IMG/VR virus record: IMGVR_UViG_3300021255_000109
Span: 1 to 64,000 of that record
Direction: 5' to 3' (one strand)
Source: a virus
Taxonomy: Duplodnaviria > Caudoviricetes
DNA length: 64,000 nt
Numbering within the stretch: position 1 is the first letter of the stretch; each line of letters begins with the position of its first letter. The notes under the pieces were generated by a model. The model was not told the DNA's origin, did no database searches, and saw nothing but the letters and a program-made list of their open reading frames with translations. Positions 57,021 through 63,705 of this stretch are shown one piece after another. The position numbers and the translations under genes are program-made.

Positions 57021-58577
57021 TCACTTAATGCAAGCGTAACGCTCAGTATTAAGCTTATCCATCATGAGTTCATATCCGGTCTTACCAGACATGATGGTCT
57101 CAAAGATAGAAGGAGAGAAGCCAGATACGAAGCTTACACGGCCCTGTCCGAGCATCGGAATGTTATTCTGGCGAGCATCAACATTCCAGAAAATCAGATG
57201 AGGCAGTTCAAGTCCGTAACGTGCCCACTTCTTAGCGATACCCTCCATCACAGTCTCGCAGTTGCGAGAATTGATGCTAGAAGTATAACGCCAACCAGAA
57301 GTTGCAGAGTCGAACTCCATATCAGAGATGATAAGGACATTCTTCGGGATATCTTCCTTCTTTACACCAGGACGAGTTGCAGTATCAAGTAGAAGGTCGA
57401 AGGTTGCTTCGATATTAGTGTTCTCACACAGATTAGTGCGATAAATTCTTTCGACCTTATCACAGAAATCTACTCCCTCAGTACGGATGAGCTGAGGACG
57501 AGAAGAGAAACTAATATAGTTATTGGCGAACGGGCCATTGTTATGCTCTGCGCAATACAGACCCAGAGAAATTGCTACGTTGATAGGAGCAGAAGCGCTA
57601 TCACCAGTCATAGAACCAGAGGTATCTACAACAGCAATACCATTGAAAGTTGCATTATTGAAATAATCGGTCAGATTATCCCAATACTTGTTAACCATCA
57701 GACGATTGGTATCGTACAGGTCAACATTGCTCTTATTATAATCATTAAAGCTATACCAACTTCTGTACTGCGGTTTCATGACCTTTACAGCCTCAGCTAC
57801 GCACTCATAAGGATACAGCGCCTTAGCGTTTACCTTAGTAGTGGCGTCCTGTGCGAACTCAGCGTAAGTCTTTACATTTTCGTTCTTCTGGCGCTCAATG
57901 TCATGACGAGCAAAAGCGTTCTTGTAAATCATTCCAGCACGAGAAGGAATCTTATCGAACTCAATCTCGTCCCAGCGATTCTCAGACATTAGTCTCTCCA
58001 GAACGTTGATGCGGGCGCGCAGATTAGAAAGAATCTTTCTATACTGGCGAGAAGTCATGCCCATATGCTGGCGAGTCAGTGCTCCCAGTCTGCGGCTTTC
58101 AGCACTTGAAGTGTTCTCGGACTTCAACCACTTAGCAAGTAAAGACGGAGTCTTGCAGCTGACATCAAGTGCAAGCTGATGAGTCATCAGCGCGAATGCG
58201 TCACCTTCCAGCGGAGTCCCTACGAACTCATACAAGTCATCCCAACGACCAAACTCAGGTACATGGATGAGATTGCGCTTTGCAGCATCTGCGTCCGCAT
58301 TAGCAAGCCAATGCATACACACACGGAAGAATCTACGCTCTCCCTGGCCTCCACGCACATCACGGATATAGAACAGGCACTTTAGTGCATACTCCGGGTT
58401 TTCCGCATATGCGTTCTTAAAGAGGTTAATTACATCTGCGTCACTGCGATTACGATAAGCTGCGCCCATCGCAAACATATCCAGTAAATCAGAACGAGTA
58501 GTCTTATGGGTCACACCACCATTCTCAGTGAGAGTGAAGTTAGTAGCATCATTCAGACCGGACATAAAAGTATTCAT
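57021..58577 (-). CDS. DUF2828-type TROVE/Ro-like helical protein with a C-terminal vWA domain
   Basis: TENG, RDVRGGQGERR, GRWDD, AKW; MIDAS motif DTSGSM, T, SDMEFD; FWNV; SGFSP. Confidence 0.85.
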   Translation of the reverse strand: MNTFMSGLNDATNFTLTENGGVTHKTTRSDLLDMFAMGAAYRNRSDADVINLFKNAYAENPEYALKCLFYIRDVRGGQGERRFFRVCMHWLANADADAAKRNLIHVPEFGRWDDLYEFVGTPLEGDAFALMTHQLALDVSCKTPSLLAKWLKSENTSSAESRRLGALTRQHMGMTSRQYRKILSNLRARINVLERLMSENRWDEIEFDKIPSRAGMIYKNAFARHDIERQKNENVKTYAEFAQDATTKVNAKALYPYECVAEAVKVMKPQYRSWYSFNDYNKSNVDLYDTNRLMVNKYWDNLTDYFNNATFNGIAVVDTSGSMTGDSASAPINVAISLGLYCAEHNNGPFANNYISFSSRPQLIRTEGVDFCDKVERIYRTNLCENTNIEATFDLLLDTATRPGVKKEDIPKNVLIISDMEFDSATSGWRYTSSINSRNCETVMEGIAKKWARYGLELPHLIFWNVDARQNNIPMLGQGRVSFVSGFSPSIFETIMSGKTGYELMMDKLNTERYACIK

Positions 58578-58626
58578 ATTTTTTTCTCCTTTTTCTCATT
58601 GGTTCCTCTTGGACAAGAGGAAATTA

Positions 58627-58863
58627 TTAAAATCTTAATTCAATGTTACCAAATGAATCAATACGTACTCCTTGAACATTTAATTTACCAGAAGTTCTAT
58701 AACCAGTTTTAACACTACTTGGATAAATATCTCCTCCAAGTGCTTGCAGGTCTTCAGTAAATTGATTCCAAAGATTTTTTATTGCTTTAATTTTTGCTTC
58801 TTGTTTTCTTTTTTTTAAAATTGAATTTAATTCATCATCAGTTACTTCAATTGTAAATTCCAT
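58627..58863 (-). CDS. Hypothetical protein
   Basis: First ORF after the promoter at 58896-58924. Confidence 0.6.
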   Translation of the reverse strand: MEFTIEVTDDELNSILKKRKQEAKIKAIKNLWNQFTEDLQALGGDIYPSSVKTGYRTSGKLNVQGVRIDSFGNIELRF

Positions 58864-58970
58864 TGATTTTTTCCTTTCTTTCATTTTCTATAAATATTAT
58901 ATCAAATTTTTTAGGAAAAATCAATTTGTTATATTTTTATCTGGTATATACTCTTTTATAAAATTAATAG

Positions 58971-59053
58971 AGGCGCAGGTCAGATTCGAACTGACGATAA
59001 CTTACGTAATTGGTTTTGCAGACCAACGTCTTTAACCACTCGACCACTGCGCC
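58971..59053 (-). tRNA. tRNA-Cys(GCA) with an atypical 14-nt variable region
   Basis: Cloverleaf GGCGCAG/CTGCGCC; anticodon loop CTGCAAA; T loop TTCGAAT; U73. Confidence 0.85.
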
Positions 59054-59062
59054 TATAATAAG

Positions 59063-59533
59063 TTACCCTTTTTTAAATTCTTGCAAAGGGTAACCGTGGT
59101 CTTTAAACCACTCTTGAATTACTCTTCGTTCTGAGCAGGGATTATTAGTTGCTTCATGGACAATAAATACAATAATAGGATCTTCAGTAAAACCTTCTTT
59201 TTCTTGAACAGCTTTCCCAAGAGAATAGATACGTTTAATAATATCTTGGAAATCTAATTGGTCAAGTTGTGCACGGTAAGCACGCAAAAATGCGCACATA
59301 TGAGGATCGCCATCATTACAATATTCAGGACCTCTGCACAAATGTTCACAAGTTGAACCTGGTACAAATGGTTCTGCACGTAATCCGTTCCAAACACCAT
59401 TTTTATCTTTCCATTGATAGCCTTGATACCTATTATTAAAAAACCATCGAGGATCAAACTGCGCTGTACTTAATGGTATATAATTTGGTTTCATAAATCG
59501 AATTTGATAAAAATAAGAAGTCATTATATACAT
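59063..59533 (-). CDS. Hypothetical protein (DUF488-like)
   Basis: TSYF, P.WF, Y..QL..LD and E....CSER..I..W pattern. Confidence 0.65.
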   Translation of the reverse strand: MYIMTSYFYQIRFMKPNYIPLSTAQFDPRWFFNNRYQGYQWKDKNGVWNGLRAEPFVPGSTCEHLCRGPEYCNDGDPHMCAFLRAYRAQLDQLDFQDIIKRIYSLGKAVQEKEGFTEDPIIVFIVHEATNNPCSERRVIQEWFKDHGYPLQEFKKG

Positions 59534-59535
59534 AA

Positions 59536-59751
59536 TTATGAATCTTTTGCTGACTTAAAAAGACCTCTGATTACCATATAAACAATAGTAAAAATAACTA
59601 CTAATGGCCAACTAAAAGCGACTTCCCAACCAAAAATTACAGTAATTCCAATCGCTTTTAATCCCCAGCAAATTACCCATACAACACCTGCATTTATTAA
59701 AAATCCAAATGCGAATCCTAAAAGTATTGTTAAAATTATTTGTGCAAGCAT
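59536..59751 (-). CDS. Small two-TM membrane protein
   Basis: Two long hydrophobic segments. Confidence 0.7.
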   Translation of the reverse strand: MLAQIILTILLGFAFGFLINAGVVWVICWGLKAIGITVIFGWEVAFSWPLVVIFTIVYMVIRGLFKSAKDS

Positions 59752-59821
59752 TTCTGCTAAACCTCCCGTAAAAAATGTATAAATAAAAATAAAGGAGCCA
59801 TTTCTGGCTCCTTATTTTAAG

Positions 59822-60160
59822 TTAAAGCCAGAAATTTAACAAGTGTTGGAAACCATCAAAAGGATTTAAGTCTCCGGTTTTCAAGGTCATATGAAAACTA
59901 CCATAATCTTGTATAAATCGATCAAGTAATTCTCGATATTTCTGATTTGCATCACAAAGTGCCTTATAGGCATCTTCCACCTGAGCCGCACGAGCTTTAC
60001 GTTCTTCATTAAGTTTTGCAACTCTCGCTTTTTCATTGGCAATAGCTAATTCTTTTGCTGCTTTTTCTTTTGCGATCGCTTCATCAAATTCTTTTTCAGC
60101 AGCTACACATTCCTCTACGGATGTGTATTCTTTTCCAGTTTTTTCACTTATAATACGCAT
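59822..60160 (-). CDS. Coiled-coil hypothetical protein (start MRIIS)
   Basis: GGGAGG RBS; terminator at 59792-59813. Confidence 0.7.
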   Translation of the reverse strand: MRIISEKTGKEYTSVEECVAAEKEFDEAIAKEKAAKELAIANEKARVAKLNEERKARAAQVEDAYKALCDANQKYRELLDRFIQDYGSFHMTLKTGDLNPFDGFQHLLNFWL

Positions 60161-60422
60161 TGTAAAATTCCTCCCTTTTACAAACATATAAAAATTTTAT
60201 GGCACCTTTACTTATGCCATAAATGGCTTTATCAGCTTGATCTGTATAATCGCTAAACGACATAAAGCCAAAATATTAAGGCAAAACAATAGTAAGAAAG
60301 AGAGGGATAAAATAAACTACTATTTTGCCTTAATATATAAAAACCACAGAAAGGAACAACTTCTCAAGGCTCGTCACGTAACCCAACAAATACACAGAAG
60401 GAGAAAAAATGTTTCATATTAT

Positions 60423-60461
60423 AGACCTATTGAATATCTTTTACATCTGCTGTATGAGCCT
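60423..60461 (-). ncRNA. Small stem carrying an AUACAGCA motif
   Basis: AGGCUCAU/AUAGGUCU stem; same motif as 60856-60961; just downstream of tRNA-Gly. Confidence 0.4.
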
Positions 60462-60470
60462 TTCAAAGAG

Positions 60471-60543
60471 AGCGTCTGACGAGAATCGAACTCGCATCTA
60501 ATGCTTGGAAGGCACTTGTGTTAATCCATTACACCACAAACGC
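60471..60543 (-). tRNA. tRNA-Gly(TCC)
   Basis: Cloverleaf; anticodon loop CTTCCAA. Confidence 0.9.
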
Positions 60544-60631
60544 AAATCCGAATTTCTTTTTAATGTTAAAATTCGGAAACAATCATAGGGGGTTATTTTA
60601 GGGGAAAACAGATAAAGGAAATAAGTTATCG

Positions 60632-60714
60632 TGCGGGTAGAGGGACTTGAACCCTCACGGGTCGAACCCTCGGGATTTTAAGTCCCGTGCGTCTGCCGAT
60701 TCCGCCACACCCGC
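60632..60714 (-). tRNA. tRNA-Leu(TAA)
   Basis: Class II cloverleaf; anticodon loop CTTAAAA; A73. Confidence 0.93.
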
Positions 60715-60855
60715 ATGTTTTGAAACAATGTTCTGAACAAGCTCGTCTACAGTCTTACCGAAAATAGCTTTACAACAAACATCAACTAATGAATTTTTTA
60801 TTCTATTTACTTTTCTTTAAATAAATACCCATTCATTTCCATTATTTTTCTCCTC

Positions 60856-60961
60856 AAGACGGCTTTTTAGTGCTGGAATCGAACCAGCTTAGATTGTTTT
60901 ACAGACAATGTGCGAACCATACGCTTAATATTCTAAAAAGAATGATTGCTGTATCCGCCTT
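60856..60961 (-). ncRNA. tRNA-mimic (Y-RNA-like) ncRNA
   Basis: D-, anticodon(GUA)- and T-like arms closed by CUUUUUAG/CUAAAAAG, then a 14-nt bulge and an AAGGCGG/CCGUCUU outer stem; promoter at 60980-61008. Confidence 0.7.
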
Positions 60962-61008
60962 TCTTTATCTTACATATATATTATATCAAAATTTTTATAA
61001 AAAATCAA

Positions 61009-61206
61009 TTAAAAATCGTCATAATTACTATTTTGTAACTTTTGTTTTTCTTTACGCTTTTGTCTATCTTTCTGTTCAATATTAGATTCTTTGCATAAAT
61101 GGCAATTGCCGCAATTTCTTCTATTATGACAAAACCAACAATAATCATTATCCCAAAAGAACCATTTGGGAGGACTAGGCAATGGTTTTCTTTCACTTTT
61201 ACCCAT
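61009..61206 (-). CDS. Small basic Cys-rich protein
   Basis: P.PPKWF...CWFC....C..C..C; AAGGAG RBS. Confidence 0.6.
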   Translation of the reverse strand: MGKSERKPLPSPPKWFFWDNDYCWFCHNRRNCGNCHLCKESNIEQKDRQKRKEKQKLQNSNYDDF

Positions 61207-61228
61207 CTTCAAAGCTCCTTTTATACAG

Positions 61229-61316
61229 CGGGGGTATTGGGATTCGAACCCAAACCGAGGCCCTCAGAAGGCTGGAGTTTTAGAGACTCCTGTGCTGACC
61301 GTTACACTATACCCCT
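61229..61316 (-). tRNA. Amber suppressor tRNA, anticodon CUA (probably Gln)
   Basis: Anticodon stem GGAGT/ACTCC with loop CT-CTA-AA; T arm TTGGG-TTCGAAT-CCCAA; A1/C72 mismatch, G2-C71, G3-C70, G73; 20-nt variable region. Confidence 0.92.
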
Positions 61317-61322
61317 ATAAAA

Positions 61323-61412
61323 CGGGGCACCTGGGACTCGAACCCAGACGCCGCTCACACGGTTACTAGCGATTTTCAGGACCGCTGTCTTACCAGTTAG
61401 ACTTAATGCCCC
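61323..61412 (-). tRNA. tRNA-Ser(TGA) with C33
   Basis: Class II cloverleaf; anticodon loop CC-TGA-AA; G73. Confidence 0.8.
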
Positions 61413-61427
61413 AAAAAGGGACTGCTG

Positions 61428-61760
61428 TTACACAGTCGCAGACATTGACTCAAGGTTACGCTTAGCTTCGGTTACTTCCGAACGTGCGTCATTCACATAA
61501 TTTTCCATTTTGTTCAGACGCACAAGAGCCTTAGCAACTTCCTGTTCAGCTTTCTCAAACTCACGCTGGGCACGAGCATATCTCTTATTAGCAATCTTCA
61601 TAGCACAACGTGCGATTGCTAGATTCTGTCCGACTTCTACATCAAACGTATCTCTTGGGTCACACTTGGCCACACCGCGCACAGTCTTTCCAGCATAGGT
61701 AGAAACGGCAACCATCTTGTTCGAACCATCAGTGTAAAACTTGTACTTCTCTTTTAACAT
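61428..61760 (-). CDS. Hypothetical protein (G.AKC.P.D.F....G..LA.AR plus coiled coil)
   Basis: ORF with AAGGAG RBS. Confidence 0.75.
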   Translation of the reverse strand: MLKEKYKFYTDGSNKMVAVSTYAGKTVRGVAKCDPRDTFDVEVGQNLAIARCAMKIANKRYARAQREFEKAEQEVAKALVRLNKMENYVNDARSEVTEAKRNLESMSATV

Positions 61761-61908
61761 TTTTTCTTTCTCCTTTAATTCTTTATATAGTGTGCATCCT
61801 TCTAATCAAAAAGGATCATAAGGATTACATCTTTGTGAGCCACATAATTTGCAATTTTCTGCTACAAACTTTTCAAAATCCATTAGTTTCATTATTTCTA
61901 CCTTTCAG

Positions 61909-61982
61909 AGGGGCAAACGGGGCTCGAACCCGCAATCCCTACCTTGGCAAGGTAGTGCGTTAGCCAATTACGCTATTGCCCC
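61909..61982 (-). tRNA. tRNA-Gly(GCC)
   Basis: Cloverleaf; anticodon loop TTGCCAA. Confidence 0.92.
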
Positions 61983-61988
61983 AAAATA

Positions 61989-62312
61989 TTAAACGCGACG
62001 ATTCCATTTTATTATAGCTTCTACTCTTTCATCACATTCAGCCGACATAGCATCACATTCAGTACATTCAATTGCGTAGCTTAAGGTGCCATCATTATAT
62101 TGAAACTCTTCAATTTGCGCTTTTGCTCCACAAAAAGGACAAGACTTTAAATAAGTGTTAATTTTCTTGTCATCCCAGACCAACTGATGATGCCAATTTT
62201 CTGATTCAGATAAAAATTGCTTTACATCTATATTGTACTTCTGTGATAAGTGCTCAATCTTTTGTTCGCTTTCTTTACGCATTTCTTCTATTAAACGGTC
62301 AATATCTATCAT
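61989..62312 (-). CDS. Lar-like restriction-alleviation Zn-finger protein
   Basis: LKSCPFCG...C..C...EAI.KWNRR; the track start extends into tRNA-Thr. Confidence 0.75.
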   Translation of the reverse strand: MIDIDRLIEEMRKESEQKIEHLSQKYNIDVKQFLSESENWHHQLVWDDKKINTYLKSCPFCGAKAQIEEFQYNDGTLSYAIECTECDAMSAECDERVEAIIKWNRRV

Positions 62313-62344
62313 TATTTTATTCCTCCTTTCTATCTGAAAGAGAG

Positions 62345-62417
62345 AGCCGCCAGAGGGACTTGAACCCCCAACCCAGTGCTTACAAGGCACTTGCGCTAGC
62401 CATTACGCCATGGCGGC
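62345..62417 (-). tRNA. tRNA-Thr(TGT)
   Basis: Cloverleaf; anticodon loop CTTGTAA. Confidence 0.92.
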
Positions 62418-62424
62418 ATAATAG

Positions 62425-62497
62425 TGATCCATCGGGGGCTTGAACCCCGAACCCCAAGATTAAGAATCATGTGCTCTACCAATTGAGCTAATGGATC
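62425..62497 (-). tRNA. tRNA-Lys(CTT)
   Basis: Cloverleaf; anticodon loop TTCTTAA; one U-U mismatch in the anticodon stem. Confidence 0.87.
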
Positions 62498-62506
62498 ATA
62501 GACATT

Positions 62507-62695
62507 TTAATTATAACATTCTTTTGTGAAAAAACAATACATAACGTCTACATTATATTTATTTTTTGCTAAAATTGCATTAACTAATTTATATCCTTGC
62601 TCACCCATTTGAGTTAAAGTATTAGGTAAAACATCTGTTGCATAGTTACTGATTACTACAACTGTATTATCATATATTACTTCTTTTTTATTCAT
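62507..62695 (-). CDS. Small hypothetical protein
   Basis: L..MG.QGY.LV pattern; GAGG RBS. Confidence 0.6.
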   Translation of the reverse strand: MNKKEVIYDNTVVVISNYATDVLPNTLTQMGEQGYKLVNAILAKNKYNVDVMYCFFTKECYN

Positions 62696-62709
62696 GAATT
62701 TCCTCATAG

Positions 62710-63008
62710 TGGACCTGAGGGGAGTCGAACCCCTGTCCGAAATTTATACTTACTATAATTGTTTACGCTGTTTTTTTAAATTTGCTCCACCATCTTATTT
62801 TTAGTGCTAAGAATAAGAAAACTTAAAGTGACAGTTGTTTTCGATCCTCAACAGTTACTACTGACATCTTACTGTGTTTTGGAGGCTGAGCCAAATCAGG
62901 CTGCCATTTGATATTGATATCTTGCGTTTATATTTAGATTTTAGTGATTACGTCACTACACGAGCGCAATTATAATTTTCTAAACCCCGTCGAAACCATT
63001 ACAAGCCC
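62710..63008 (-). ncRNA. ssrA: tmRNA with tag peptide (A)ARYQYQMAA
   Basis: 5' GGGCUUGUAAUGGUUUCGAC; 3' GGGGUUCGACUCCCCUCAGGUCCA with G3-U70; AUAAAC-GCA resume context; tag ends AA-UGA. Confidence 0.92.
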
Positions 63009-63126
63009 GAATATACGAGGTGATCACCTGGCCGCAATTCCTCAGGAGGACTCAATTTATATACCGACTACGCGTAGTAAGGTAACGCCAGCGCCCTTCG
63101 TCGGTTTCTCTTTACCTTACATATAT

Positions 63127-63155
63127 ATTATACTAAATTTTTTAGTAAAAATCAA
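63127..63155 (-). promoter_or_regulatory. sigma70-type promoter for the tmRNA/tRNA transcript
   Basis: TTGATT-17-TATAAT. Confidence 0.75.
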
Positions 63156-63261
63156 TTTTAACATTTTTTGGTTGTAAAAATTCGTGATGGATTTTCTAAT
63201 TCATCTTGGCGATCTTGACATGCGTTGGCGGCCGGAGCCACCGTTCGGTTTTCAAAAAAAC

Positions 63262-63402
63262 CTTGATATAATTAATCAACTTGCTTACTCCATGCACGCT
63301 GAACACTTTTTGCTCGCTACATGCTACCCTAAGAACTTCCTCTTCAGCGATCTTGTTGACGCTGACCGCTTGCCATCAGCTCGTCTTTTTAATTATATCA
63401 AG
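63262..63402 (-). ncRNA. Unidentified multi-stem structured RNA
   Basis: Perfect 14-bp closing stem CTTGATATAATTAA/TTAATTATATCAAG; inner GCUGA/UCAGC and CGCUGAA/UUCAGCG stems; no credible ORF. Confidence 0.5.
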
Positions 63403-63591
63403 ATTTCTCCATCGTAAAACACAGATAAAGTAAAAGGATAGAACTACGGTTGTAAAGAGCCAACCTCTTTATCCACATTTCCGATTAACACAGTAATTTC
63501 TATCAGCATATTAATATTAGTAAATTCCGCTCTTTCGGTCTAAGTTTTCTCTAAAGTGTATATCGTTTCAACTTTAAATACTTACTTAAAG

Positions 63592-63674
63592 TGGGCCGCG
63601 CTGGAGTCGAACCAGCTGAGTCTCTGACACCTGATTTACAGTCAGGCCTGCTTCCACATACAGTATACCGACCC
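63592..63674 (-). tRNA. tRNA-Tyr(GTA)
   Basis: Class II cloverleaf; anticodon loop CTGTAAA; A73. Confidence 0.88.
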
Positions 63675-63705
63675 ATGTAACATAAAAAAATGAATTTGAA
63701 AAAAT

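Noticed and set aside
60863-60940. Second ordinary tRNA-Tyr(GTA)
   Set aside because: An 8-nt linker precedes the D arm, there is an extra base before the 3' strand, no long variable arm, and an outer stem blocks the ends; treated as a tRNA mimic.
61780-61892. TGA readthrough in a small Cys-rich ORF (CGSQRC...F*LEGC)
   Set aside because: A single case, and TGA is used as a normal stop throughout; more likely a nonsense change, a short ORF or a sequence error.
63300-63360. Hammerhead ribozyme (CUGAAGA on the - strand)
   Set aside because: No properly placed GAAA/stem II, and the segment pairs with UUCAGCG instead.
10550-63417. Numerous + strand track ORFs antisense to - strand genes or RNAs (e.g. 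52304-52870, 57543-57992, 62944-63177, 63184-63417)
   Set aside because: Shadow frames of well-supported genes or RNAs, without RBS or motifs.
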